A DNA stretch of 62,625 bases, filler included. It is 6 parts of 6 records of this genome, joined end to end, with 100 filler letters (N's around TTAATTAATTAA, not from the genome) between each part and the next. Parts side by side here need not be neighbours in the genome. Positions count along the whole stretch, not along the records: positions 10,584 to 18,342 come from SRR31156797_2713; positions 18,443 to 24,750 come from SRR31156797_2715; positions 24,851 to 39,719 come from SRR31156797_2718; 3 more parts are not named here. One strand, written 5' to 3'. Made by a program: the position numbers and the translations under genes. Below the pieces are notes generated by a model, which worked only from the letters and a program-made list of their open reading frames with translations, was not told the origin of the DNA and did not search any database. Within the stretch, counting starts at the first letter, position 1. Each line of letters starts with the position of its first letter. Below are positions 18,163 to 27,923 of the stretch, in pieces.

Positions 18163-18290
18163 GTCATCCCGAACGAAGAGAGGGATCTGTTACAGAAAAG
18201 CTGCAAGCTACAAGCTGCAAGTCACAAGAACAAATTGAAGACAAAGATTCAGTTTTATGCTGGTTGTCTTTCGACTAGAGTTCGTATGAC
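18163..18290. repeat. REP-like element (GTCAT...ATGAC ends) enclosing a heptamer array
   Basis: gtcatcccgaac (18163-18174) ... gttcgtatgac (18280-18290); inside, agctgca agctaca agctgca agtcaca ag (18199-18228). Confidence 0.55.
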
Positions 18291-18342
18291 GACTATTTTA
18301 CCCGGTTCCGCATCATTCAGAAACGGTTCTCCGTCATTCAGA

Positions 18343-18442
18343 NNNNNNNNNNNNNNNNNNNNNNNNNNNNNNNNNNNNNNNNNNNNTTAATTAATTAANN
18401 NNNNNNNNNNNNNNNNNNNNNNNNNNNNNNNNNNNNNNNNNN
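18343..18442. other. Artificial contig-joining spacer
   Basis: N-run + TTAATTAATTAA + N-run. Confidence 0.97.
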
Positions 18443-18796
18443 TTGCTAATTGCACGAAGAGATGCTAAAATAAGCGATGGCTCAGTAGTTACTATTAATT
18501 ATGTTACAGGAACCAGCAACAGAATCCAGACTATGTCTCTGCCAAAGAAGGCTGTCGGCAATCATCAGAAAGCTCTTATAATTGATGACTTCATGAAAGG
18601 CGGCGGCAGTGCACGAGGCCTGATGGATATGATGCGTGAATTCTCTATTACTGTGGTAGGTGTCGGCGTTGTAATAGCTACTCAATATCCAGAAGCTAAA
18701 AGAGTACGTAATTACAAGTCGTTAATGGTTCTAAACAATGTTGATGAAGTAAATAGAAAGGTTGATGTCAGTCCATCTGATTGGATAAAATCTTAA
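18443..18796 (+). CDS. purR: Pur operon repressor, C-terminal part (5' truncated)
   Basis: RRD.KI.DGS.V.INYV.G....IQTMSL and LIIDDFMKGGG PRPP-binding motif; upstream of glmU-prs. Confidence 0.88.
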   Translation: MLIARRDAKISDGSVVTINYVTGTSNRIQTMSLPKKAVGNHQKALIIDDFMKGGGSARGLMDMMREFSITVVGVGVVIATQYPEAKRVRNYKSLMVLNNVDEVNRKVDVSPSDWIKS

Positions 18797-18813
18797 GGGG
18801 AAAAATTAGCAAT

Positions 18814-20163
18814 ATGACAATTAAAGCAGTAATTTTAGCGGCTGGTAAAGGAACCAGAATGAAATCTTCTCTACCAAAAGTGCTCCACAAAGCAGTTGGC
18901 AAAGAAATGATTAAATGGGCAATGGATGCTGTTAAGGGAGTTGATGACAAGCCTGTACTGGTTGTGGGATATGGGAAAGAACAGGTTATTGATGCTATTG
19001 GGGATGATGCGTTCTATGCAGTACAGGAAGAACAAAACGGCACAGGTCACGCTGTTATGATGGCAAAGGAACATATCTCCGACTGTGACTATGTAGTTAT
19101 TACCTGCGGTGATATGATTCTATTAAGAAGTGAAAGTATTGAAGATATTGTTAATTATACAATAAAAAATGATTTAGATGGTGCAGTCTTAACTGCATTT
19201 GTAGATACCCCATTTGGCTTAGGAAGAATTCTAAAAGATGAAAATGATAATATCAAGTCAATAGTTGAAGAAAAAGACGCAAGTGATGATGAGCGTAAAA
19301 TTAATGAAATAAATACTGGTGTTTACTGCTATAAATCATCTATGCTGCTTGAATCTCTTGATAAGCTGGAGTGCAATAATTCTCAGAATGAATATTACCT
19401 AACTGATGTTGTGAAGATTATTAGCAACGGCGGCGGTAAAATCCGCAGCAAAAGCTGCGACCCAAGCGAAGGCTTAGGAATAAATGATAAATCACAGCTA
19501 GCAATTGCTGCAAAGGAGATAAGAAGCAGAATAAACTTAAAACATATGAAAAACGGGGTTACAATTATTGACCCGGAAAATACATATATTGATGATACTG
19601 TAGTTATTGGCAATGATACTACTATTTATCCAGGTGCAGTTATTGAAGGATATACTAAAATAGGTGAAGGATGCGTTTTGAAAGGTGCTTCATTGATTTC
19701 CAATGCTGCAATAGGCAATGATGTAACCATCAAGTCTTCTACTATTGAAAAAGCGATAGTAGATGATAGTACACTTGTTGGTCCAAATGCATATTTAAGA
19801 CCAAATTCAGTTATAGGTAAGAATTGCAAAATCGGTGATTTTGTAGAGATAAAAAATTCTAACATTGGCGATGATACTAAAATTTCACATCTTACATATG
19901 TAGGAGATGCTGATATTGGTAAGAACGTTAATCTGGGGTGTGGTGTAGTTCTTGTAAACTATGATGGTAATAACAAACATAGAACAGTTGTAGAAGATAA
20001 TGCATTTATCGGATGCAATACAAATTTAGTCTCTCCCGTGAGAATAGGAGAGGGAGCGTATACGGCCGCTGGTTCAACTATAACAGATGATGTACCAGCA
20101 AATACCTTGGCAATTGCCAGAAGCAGGCAAGTAGTAAAAAACAATTGGAAGAAGCCTGACTAA
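18814..20163 (+). CDS. glmU: Bifunctional UDP-GlcNAc pyrophosphorylase / GlcN-1-P acetyltransferase
   Basis: ILAAGKGTRMKS.LPKVLH, EYYLTD, hexapeptide repeats, HLTYVGD, NYDG. Confidence 0.97.
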   Translation: MTIKAVILAAGKGTRMKSSLPKVLHKAVGKEMIKWAMDAVKGVDDKPVLVVGYGKEQVIDAIGDDAFYAVQEEQNGTGHAVMMAKEHISDCDYVVITCGDMILLRSESIEDIVNYTIKNDLDGAVLTAFVDTPFGLGRILKDENDNIKSIVEEKDASDDERKINEINTGVYCYKSSMLLESLDKLECNNSQNEYYLTDVVKIISNGGGKIRSKSCDPSEGLGINDKSQLAIAAKEIRSRINLKHMKNGVTIIDPENTYIDDTVVIGNDTTIYPGAVIEGYTKIGEGCVLKGASLISNAAIGNDVTIKSSTIEKAIVDDSTLVGPNAYLRPNSVIGKNCKIGDFVEIKNSNIGDDTKISHLTYVGDADIGKNVNLGCGVVLVNYDGNNKHRTVVEDNAFIGCNTNLVSPVRIGEGAYTAAGSTITDDVPANTLAIARSRQVVKNNWKKPD

Positions 20164-20185
20164 GAGAATAACTAGGAGTATTTTT

Positions 20186-21202
20186 ATGAGTATGAATGGC
20201 GAGATAAAGCTATTTTGTGTCGGTTCTAACCCGAAGCTGACAGAAGAAATAGCTAAACTACTGGAACTTCCTTTAGGAATGAACAATGTAGGACGATTTA
20301 GTGATGGCGAGACCAGCGTACAAATCGAGGAAACAGTACGGGGATGCGATGTATTCCTCATACAGTCTACATGTGAACCGGTAAATGACCATTTAATGGA
20401 ACTTTTAGTTATGATTGATGCCACAAAGCGGGCAAGTGCTAGAAGAATTACCGCAGTAATACCATATTTCGGTTATGCTCGTCAGGACAGAAAATCCAAA
20501 GCTCGTGATCCTATTACTGCTAAACTAGTAGCAAATTTGATAACAGCTGCAGGTGCGGATAGGATACTTACAATGGATTTACACGCTCCACAGATACAGG
20601 GATTCTTTGATATTCCTACAGATAATCTTCAGGGGCTTCCAATATTAATAGCACATTACCAAAAGAGAATGTTTGCTGGCGATGATTTGGTAATAGTGTC
20701 TCCCGACTTAGGTTCAGTAAACAGAGCAAGGATGTTTGCTGGAGCGGTCAATGCACCTCTTGCAATAATTGAAAAAAGACGTCCAAAGGCAAATAAATCA
20801 CAGGTAATGAATGTTATCGGTGATGTAAATGGAAAAAGAGCGTTATTAGTTGATGATATGATTGACACTGCTGGTACAATAGTAAAAGCAGCAGAATCAT
20901 TAATTGAACGTGGTGCTACAGAAGTATATGCATGCTGTACACACAGCGTATTGTCAGGCGAAGCAATAGAGAGAATCAAAAACTCAAGCATTAAAGAATT
21001 GGTAGTTACAAATACTATACCATTGGCAAAATGCAAAAGAATTGATAAAATAAGAGTATTATCTGTGGCTCCTATGTTTGCAGAAGCAATAGAAAGAGTG
21101 TATGAGGATTTACCTGTCTCTTCACTATTTACTCATGCTCCTACAAATATAAGACCAATAGGCGTACAACAGTCAATAGAAAATTTAAATATTAGCAAAT
21201 AA
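20186..21202 (+). CDS. prs: Ribose-phosphate pyrophosphokinase
   Basis: FSDGE, PYFGYARQDRK, DLHAPQIQGFF, VDDMIDTAGT. Confidence 0.97.
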   Translation: MSMNGEIKLFCVGSNPKLTEEIAKLLELPLGMNNVGRFSDGETSVQIEETVRGCDVFLIQSTCEPVNDHLMELLVMIDATKRASARRITAVIPYFGYARQDRKSKARDPITAKLVANLITAAGADRILTMDLHAPQIQGFFDIPTDNLQGLPILIAHYQKRMFAGDDLVIVSPDLGSVNRARMFAGAVNAPLAIIEKRRPKANKSQVMNVIGDVNGKRALLVDDMIDTAGTIVKAAESLIERGATEVYACCTHSVLSGEAIERIKNSSIKELVVTNTIPLAKCKRIDKIRVLSVAPMFAEAIERVYEDLPVSSLFTHAPTNIRPIGVQQSIENLNISK

Positions 21203-21218
21203 TTTTTAGGAGGACAAA

Positions 21219-22148
21219 ATGCCATTAGTAAACACAAAGGAAATGTTAAAGGCTGCATATGAAGGCGGTTATGCAATTGGAGCATTTAATGTTAATAACA
21301 TGGAAATGGTTCAAGGCATAGTTGAAGCAGCTGCAAAGCAAAAATCACCATTAATTCTACAAGCGTCAGCAGGTGCTAGAAAGTATGCAGGAAGCGAATA
21401 TTTGACTGCTTTAGTTAATGCCGCAGTATCTGGAACAGATATCCCAATTGCACTTCATTTAGACCATGGTGCGGATTTTGAAATCTGTAAGGCTTGTATC
21501 GACAGCGGTTTTACTTCAGTTATGATTGATGCCAGTCATCACTCTTTTGAAGAAAACATTGCATTAACAAAAAAAGTTGTTGATTATGCAAAAGGAAGAA
21601 ATGTTACAGTTGAAGCTGAATTAGGTCAATTAGCTGGTATTGAAGATGATGTTAACGTATCAGCAGAAGATGCAAGCTATACTAATCCAGATCAAGTTGA
21701 AGAATTCGTAAGCAAAACAGGCGTTGATTCATTAGCAATTGCTATCGGAACAAGCCACGGTGCTTTTAAATTCAAAGGCGAACCAAAGCTAAGATATGAT
21801 ATCTTGGAAGAAATCATGCAAAGAATTCCAGGATTCCCAATAGTACTTCACGGCGCATCAAGCGTTGTACCTGAGTATGTAAAAGAGATTAATGAATACG
21901 GCGGTGACATGTCAGGTGCACAAGGCGTTCCAGAGCACATGCTTCGTAAGGCTGCTGAATTGGCTGTATGTAAGATTAACATTGACTCTGACATCAGATT
22001 AGCCGTTACTGCTGCTATTCGTCATTATTTGAATGATAATCCTACAGTATTTGACCCAAGAAAATATTTAGGTGAAGCCCGTAAGTATACAAAGGACATC
22101 GTAACACATAAGATTATTAATGTTCTTGGTTCAAACGGTAAAGCATAG
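21219..22148 (+). CDS. fba: Class II fructose-bisphosphate aldolase
   Basis: HLDHG, SVMIDAS, VEAELG, IGTSHGA, VLHGAS, KINIDSD. Confidence 0.95.
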   Translation: MPLVNTKEMLKAAYEGGYAIGAFNVNNMEMVQGIVEAAAKQKSPLILQASAGARKYAGSEYLTALVNAAVSGTDIPIALHLDHGADFEICKACIDSGFTSVMIDASHHSFEENIALTKKVVDYAKGRNVTVEAELGQLAGIEDDVNVSAEDASYTNPDQVEEFVSKTGVDSLAIAIGTSHGAFKFKGEPKLRYDILEEIMQRIPGFPIVLHGASSVVPEYVKEINEYGGDMSGAQGVPEHMLRKAAELAVCKINIDSDIRLAVTAAIRHYLNDNPTVFDPRKYLGEARKYTKDIVTHKIINVLGSNGKA

Positions 22149-22172
22149 ATTTGATAAAACTTTAAATCATTG

Positions 22173-22205
22173 TACCCACAGTTATTTTTAAAGTAGCTGT
22201 GGGTA
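22173..22205 (+). terminator. Stem-loop after fba (probable terminator)
   Basis: TACCCACAGTTATTT...AAGTAGCTGTGGGTA inverted repeat. Confidence 0.65.
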
Positions 22206-22308
22206 AATAATTTATACAAAATATTAATAAATTGATATATAATGATTAATGATTCTTAGAATTAGTTATACTAATTTTAAGCACCATTAATATTATGAGG
22301 CAAAATGA

Positions 22309-23028
22309 ATGGAAAAGAACAAACGAAAAAAGAATATAATCTTTGTGATGATATATGTAGTTATGTTATTAGCTCAAATATATACTCATTTTATATTTGA
22401 ATTTACTTATGAGACCAGTGCATATAGAAATATTTCAATTGCTGGATTTATCTTGTACTGCCTAGCAGGTTTAGTTTACCTAATACTATTGATATTTAAA
22501 AATATCAATCGACAAAAAACTGTTAAGATAATTATTATTGTTATGCTAGTTGTTCAGGTAGTTTCACTATTAGGGGTCAATCTTCATGCTGGTACTTTCC
22601 CAATAATAAGTGCAAGAGGATCAGTTTATCAATATGGGATTTTGGATCCTGAGGTATCATCATCTCAGATGCTGCTATTTCTAAGTTATTATCTAGACGG
22701 TAAAACATTATATGCTACACCAAAAGATGATCCAAGGCTTTTTGAAGCAGCAGAGCTATTCTTTGAAGATGAATATACTTTCGTTGCAAAGACTACTAAA
22801 GTTCTTACATACGAAGAACGTAAATACTTTCTTGAGGAAGAACGAGAAAACTATTATACATTAACTGTACTACCAAATTATAAACTCGGTACAAAAGGCA
22901 TCTTCGTAACTGTTTATAGTGCTGATGATTTATATAAATACGATGAATTTATGCTGTACAAAGATTATTATCATAATTGGTATATCATACCTAAGGAATT
23001 AAGAGGTGACAAATGGCAGCTTCACTAA
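22309..23028 (+). CDS. Hypothetical membrane protein (3 N-terminal TM segments plus soluble domain)
   Basis: GAGG RBS; hydrophobic N-terminal segments; no family recognised. Confidence 0.7.
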   Translation: MEKNKRKKNIIFVMIYVVMLLAQIYTHFIFEFTYETSAYRNISIAGFILYCLAGLVYLILLIFKNINRQKTVKIIIIVMLVVQVVSLLGVNLHAGTFPIISARGSVYQYGILDPEVSSSQMLLFLSYYLDGKTLYATPKDDPRLFEAAELFFEDEYTFVAKTTKVLTYEERKYFLEEERENYYTLTVLPNYKLGTKGIFVTVYSADDLYKYDEFMLYKDYYHNWYIIPKELRGDKWQLH

Positions 23029-24611
23029 AGAACAAAAAGAAGAAATGGCTGATAACTGCCCTAATATGTATAGTCCTACTGCTGTTATCTGCTGCATTAT
23101 TTTATATTCATTATAGAACAAAAACATACAATCATATGTATGACAATATGACTGAACCTCTTCATAAGATGGTTATAAATCAGAGCATATTCATATACGC
23201 TATTACAATTTTCGGAATGACAGCTTTGTCATTCATGAATAGATACATAAAGAGTGACTTAGCAATAGCTATGTCCTTAGTCGTTGGCTCAATGCTGTGG
23301 TCGTTAATCAGCAAATTCACAATATGTACTGGTTTAGAATTTACTGCATTAAATACAATTATTATTGCATTGCTGTTTCTTGCTGTATTATTCTTTGTTG
23401 CCAAACCGGATAAAAACAAGCTGAAGGAATTTTACTTTAGTACCATAAATATCAGATTAGTATTATTGTGTGTATCTATATTATTCTCAATGTTTTGTTT
23501 CTATTCATTTAGTTATGATTCATATATTTATGTTGCACTTGGTGAAAAAATAGTTAAAGTAGGGCACTTAACCAGAGAAATGATACAGTATGTTTCCGGC
23601 TTTTCACTGTTTACATCAATGTATTTTGCTCCGGCTGAGATGTTTGGATTTGACTTTTCCATAGGATACTATACATATTTTACTGTTAATTTTGTAGCTG
23701 CTGTATCATATGTAATCTATTTAGAGATAATAGATAGGGTAGGTATGGTCAAAGCTGCAGTTATATCTGCGTGCTCATTTCTGGCAGTAGTTACTGCGAA
23801 TATTTTCTTCCTGTTAATGTATCTGCCTTTAAGCAATCTGATAGCTGCCTGCGGAATGTTCTTTATGATTTATTTCATCTATAAATCATACAAAGAGGAT
23901 AAATCACTTCCACTGCTATTGGTCTCACTGTTTTTTGCTTTATGCTTCATATGGACCAGGTCAGAGAATGGATTGTTTGTGCTGATGATATTATTCCTGA
24001 TGACACAAATGAAATTTGATAAAAAGTCAACAGCTCTATATTCGCTGATATGCTTTGGTGCAATTGGTTTCTGGTACATGCGATTTTTCCTTGTCGCCGG
24101 TAGGTTTTCTGAGGGCGATTTCTTGACTATTGATAAAGCGTTATTAGTATTAGGTGTTTATGTCATTATGATTATCTATATATTTCTATCTGATAAGAAA
24201 TTTATCACCGACAACACAAAAACTATAAGAATACTATACTATACGGGTATTACTGTATGTTTAGCAGTTTTGATACTTTTAGATTTAGAAAAAGCAGCAA
24301 CAAATTTGCAGGTGACTATTACGAATCTCTTCAGAACAGGCGGATGGGGCTTTACAATGGTGTTCCTCATATTAACGATATTGATTTATTATTATTTTGT
24401 TGATGAGCGTGATATCTTTGATGTGGCATTATTGAACTTTGTATTATTCTATACATTGATATATATGCTAAGAGGACATTCTCTGCGGGTTGGCTTCGGT
24501 GATTCTGGAAACAGGTACTTTACTTATATAATTCCATACTTCGTATTCATGGTTTCAACAAAGCTGATACCCAAAACAGTGTATAATAATAACAATATTG
24601 GTTTGTTATAG
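23013..24611 (+). CDS. Polytopic membrane protein, possible GT-C-fold glycosyltransferase
   Basis: Many TM segments; SYDSYIY and TRSENG motifs resemble GT-C enzymes; overlaps the upstream gene. Confidence 0.55.
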   Translation: MAASLKNKKKKWLITALICIVLLLLSAALFYIHYRTKTYNHMYDNMTEPLHKMVINQSIFIYAITIFGMTALSFMNRYIKSDLAIAMSLVVGSMLWSLISKFTICTGLEFTALNTIIIALLFLAVLFFVAKPDKNKLKEFYFSTINIRLVLLCVSILFSMFCFYSFSYDSYIYVALGEKIVKVGHLTREMIQYVSGFSLFTSMYFAPAEMFGFDFSIGYYTYFTVNFVAAVSYVIYLEIIDRVGMVKAAVISACSFLAVVTANIFFLLMYLPLSNLIAACGMFFMIYFIYKSYKEDKSLPLLLVSLFFALCFIWTRSENGLFVLMILFLMTQMKFDKKSTALYSLICFGAIGFWYMRFFLVAGRFSEGDFLTIDKALLVLGVYVIMIIYIFLSDKKFITDNTKTIRILYYTGITVCLAVLILLDLEKAATNLQVTITNLFRTGGWGFTMVFLILTILIYYYFVDERDIFDVALLNFVLFYTLIYMLRGHSLRVGFGDSGNRYFTYIIPYFVFMVSTKLIPKTVYNNNNIGLL

Positions 24612-24750
24612 TTAATTTTGTGATAAATTTATATTATTTATTTGTTAATTTCAAAAAAATTCATAATTTCAACACATAATTAACATAAATTTAGGTAATA
24701 ATGATATTGAACGAAACATCTATGTTTCTTCATTCTTAATCTACCTCTTC

Positions 24751-24850
24751 NNNNNNNNNNNNNNNNNNNNNNNNNNNNNNNNNNNNNNNNNNNNTTAATT
24801 AATTAANNNNNNNNNNNNNNNNNNNNNNNNNNNNNNNNNNNNNNNNNNNN
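24751..24850. other. Artificial contig-joining spacer
   Basis: N-run + TTAATTAATTAA + N-run. Confidence 0.97.
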
Positions 24851-25301
24851 GGAAAGGAAACCCCGCGCGCTGATTAGCCTGGGAGAAATATATTATTTGG
24901 ATGAAAAAGGAACGGCCTTCAAAAAGCTCGATCCCAAGGAAATTCCCGATATGCCGATAATCACGGGCTTAACCAGGGCCGACCTGGTGGACAGGAAAGA
25001 ACACACGCGTAAGGATTTAAAGGAAGTATTCGCCCTGATGGACGTCTTATCCGAAAGGAACGACAGGTTCCGAGTCAGTAATATATCGGAGATCAATTTC
25101 GATCCGGTCCGGGGCATAAGCATGTTCACCAGGGACGATAACGTTCAGGTCAAAATCGGCCTGGGCGAGTATGAAAAAAAGATGAAGAGACTTGGCCGGG
25201 TGTTGGCCCATTTGAAAATAAACGGCCGATGCCAAGGTCTGACATATTTCAATCTGGAATGCAGCCCGCGCGTAGTAGTGCGTCACGCAGCCAGCTCTTG
25301 A
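24851..25301 (+). CDS. ftsQ: Cell division protein FtsQ, C-terminal part (5' truncated)
   Basis: ERKPRALI..GEIYYLDEKG..FK...DMPIITG; directly upstream of ftsA. Confidence 0.8.
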
Positions 25302-25412
25302 AACGGGGAGGGTAAATGAACCGCACCGAAATTATAACAGTCGCTGTAATTACTGCCGGATCAGTCGGTACAGGCGGCGCATTTTTGAATATTTCCAAGG
25401 AGGTGGACTGCC

Positions 25413-26642
25413 GTGGCTAATCAATTGATAGTCGGTCTGGATATCGGCACGACCAAAATATGCTGCGTAGTGGGAGAAGCTACATCCAACGGCATAGACA
25501 TTGTGGGCATCGGCATGCATCCATCCGTGGGGCTCCGCAAGGGAGTCGTGGTCAATATAGAAAAGACCGTGGATTCGATCAAGAGGGCGGTGGAAGAAGC
25601 CGAACTGATGGCCGGATGCGAGATATCCAGCGTATATGCGGGCATTGCCGGCGGCCATATAAAGGGCTTTAACAGCCATGGAGTAATCGCCGTCAAAAAC
25701 CGTGAAGTCGGACAACACGATATTGAAAGGGTGCTGGAAGCGGCGCGGGCCGTGGCCATACCCATGGACAGGGAAGTCATACACACGATTGCCCAGGAGT
25801 TCATTGTGGACGACCAGGACGGCATCCAGGATCCGCTGGGCATGTCCGGGGTCAGGCTGGAAGCCAAGGTCCACATTGTGACCGGGGCGGTGACATCGGC
25901 CCAGAACATTATCCGGTGCGCGCACAGCGCGGGCCTGGATGTTTGCGATATCGTGCTGGAATCGCTGGCTTCGTCCGAGGCGGTGTTGACGGAAGAAGAA
26001 CGGGACCTGGGGGTCGCCCTGATAGATCTGGGAGGCGGCACCACCGACCTGGCCATTTTTTCCCAGAACAGCATCAAGCACACGGCGGTGTTGGCTTTGG
26101 GCGGGACAAACCTGACCAACGATATCGCTATCGGCCTCAGGACTCCGATGAACAGCGCGGAGGAGATTAAGAAAAAGTTCGGCTGTTGTCTGGCCGGCAT
26201 GATTGACAAGGATGAAGTAATAGAAGTTGAAAGCGTGGGCGGCCGGCAGACGAGGACATTGTCCAGGCAGGTGCTGGGCGAGATTCTGGAGCCGCGCATG
26301 GAAGAAATACTTGCGCTTATAAACCGTGAGATGATCCGTTCGGGTTATGACGACCAGGTGACGTCGGGCGTTGTGGTCACAGGCGGAGCAGCCATGCTGG
26401 AAGGCGTGCCGGAGGTTGCGGAGCAGATATTCGACCTTCCGGTTCGCAGGGGCTATCCGCTCAAGGTGGGGGGACTGACCGATGTGATCAACAATCCCAT
26501 GTTCGCCACCGCGGTGGGCCTGGTCATATACGGGGTCAAGCAGGAAGAGGGTCAGGCGGAAAAGATTTTCCGCATCCGGCAAAAAAACATTTTCAACCGG
26601 GTGGCCCAGAGAATGAAGAAATGGTTCAAGGACGTTATTTAA
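25413..26642 (+). CDS. ftsA: Cell division protein FtsA
   Basis: VGLDIGTTKI, GLRKGVVVNI, PLGMSGVRLEA, DLGGGTTD, VTGG. Confidence 0.97.
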   Translation: MANQLIVGLDIGTTKICCVVGEATSNGIDIVGIGMHPSVGLRKGVVVNIEKTVDSIKRAVEEAELMAGCEISSVYAGIAGGHIKGFNSHGVIAVKNREVGQHDIERVLEAARAVAIPMDREVIHTIAQEFIVDDQDGIQDPLGMSGVRLEAKVHIVTGAVTSAQNIIRCAHSAGLDVCDIVLESLASSEAVLTEEERDLGVALIDLGGGTTDLAIFSQNSIKHTAVLALGGTNLTNDIAIGLRTPMNSAEEIKKKFGCCLAGMIDKDEVIEVESVGGRQTRTLSRQVLGEILEPRMEEILALINREMIRSGYDDQVTSGVVVTGGAAMLEGVPEVAEQIFDLPVRRGYPLKVGGLTDVINNPMFATAVGLVIYGVKQEEGQAEKIFRIRQKNIFNRVAQRMKKWFKDVI

Positions 26643-26666
26643 TTGACTAAAGGGAGGGGATAAGTC

Positions 26667-27869
26667 ATGGAATTCGAATTTGTGGACAATCAGCGAAAAG
26701 CCAAAATCAAAGTGGTGGGTATTGGCGGGGCAGGCAACAACGCCATTAACAACATGATTGTATCCGGCCTGGAAGGTCCGGCCTTTATTGCGGCCAATAC
26801 CGACATGCAGGATTTGGACGGATCCGCCGCTCCGATCAAGCTTCAGCTTGGCCTGGAATTGACCAAGGGGCTTGGCTGCGGCGCCGATCCCGAGGTCGGC
26901 CGCGAGGCGGCTTTGGAGGATGAACTCAAGATCCAGGAACTCCTGGCCGATTCGGACATGGTGTTCGTCACCGCGGGCATGGGCGGCGGAACCGGCACAG
27001 GCGGCGCGCCTGTATTCGCGGAAAGCCTTAAAAAACTTGAAGAGCCTCCGCTGACAGTGGCGGTGGTGACCAAACCGTTTATGTTTGAAGGCCCCCGCCG
27101 CATGAGGCAGGCGGAAGAAGGCATCGAGCGTCTGAAGGACTATGCGGACACTATTATCACCATACCCAATGACCGGTTGATGTCCATGGCCCCCAGGGGC
27201 TGCAGCATCCGGGACGCTTTCAAGCTGGCGGACGAAGTCCTGTTGCAGGCGGTCAAAGGCGTATCCGATCTTATTCTGCTGCCCGGCTTCATCAACGTGG
27301 ACTTCAAGGACGCCGAGAAAGTTATGTCCAACAAGGGACAGGCCTTGATGGGAACCGGCATTGCCAGCGGTCCGGACAGGGCGACAACGGCCGCCCAGGA
27401 AGCCATCAGCAGCCCTCTGCTGGAGGACGTCTCCATTGAAGGCGCCCAGGGCATTCTGATCAATATTTCCTGCGCGGAAGACAACGTAACCCTGGATGAA
27501 GTAAACGATGCGTGCAGCCTGATACAAAAGGAAGCTGATCCAAATGCAAACGTCATCTTCGGCGTGGCCTGGGACAACAGCCTGGAAGACAATATCCGCA
27601 TAACGGTAATTGCCACCGGAATAGGCGAAAAGAGAATAGTCGTGGAGCCGGTTCCCGAAAAGGAAGAGGTCAAGCCCCCGATTTCAACCCTGGACGAAGT
27701 GGCCAAGAACGGCGCGGTTTATGACCGGCCGACCAGAGAGCGCCGGGCCCGGAGCAACGTTACCAGCCTGGACAGGTTTGAAAGACCCAAGTATACGCGG
27801 TATGAAAGCTTTATCGTGGACGAGGAGGATCTTGAAAAGCCGACCTTTATGCGCATAAAAGCGGATTAG
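26667..27869 (+). CDS. ftsZ: Cell division protein FtsZ
   Basis: GIGGAGNN, NTD, GMGGGTGTG tubulin signature, INVDFKD, C-terminal LEKPTFMR. Confidence 0.98.
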   Translation: MEFEFVDNQRKAKIKVVGIGGAGNNAINNMIVSGLEGPAFIAANTDMQDLDGSAAPIKLQLGLELTKGLGCGADPEVGREAALEDELKIQELLADSDMVFVTAGMGGGTGTGGAPVFAESLKKLEEPPLTVAVVTKPFMFEGPRRMRQAEEGIERLKDYADTIITIPNDRLMSMAPRGCSIRDAFKLADEVLLQAVKGVSDLILLPGFINVDFKDAEKVMSNKGQALMGTGIASGPDRATTAAQEAISSPLLEDVSIEGAQGILINISCAEDNVTLDEVNDACSLIQKEADPNANVIFGVAWDNSLEDNIRITVIATGIGEKRIVVEPVPEKEEVKPPISTLDEVAKNGAVYDRPTRERRARSNVTSLDRFERPKYTRYESFIVDEEDLEKPTFMRIKAD

Positions 27870-27923
27870 GAAGGCTGTCAGCCATTGACAGGCATTTCAT
27901 CCGGTTAACGAAGGTATACGGTC

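Noticed and set aside
14454-18228. CRISPR array or simple phase-variation microsatellite
   Set aside because: Units are 7 nt, degenerate, intergenic and arranged as inverted arms; no repeat-spacer structure and no cas genes
25350-27527. 725-aa minus-strand ORF
   Set aside because: Antisense shadow of ftsA/ftsZ, expected with GC-rich codon usage; no recognisable motifs
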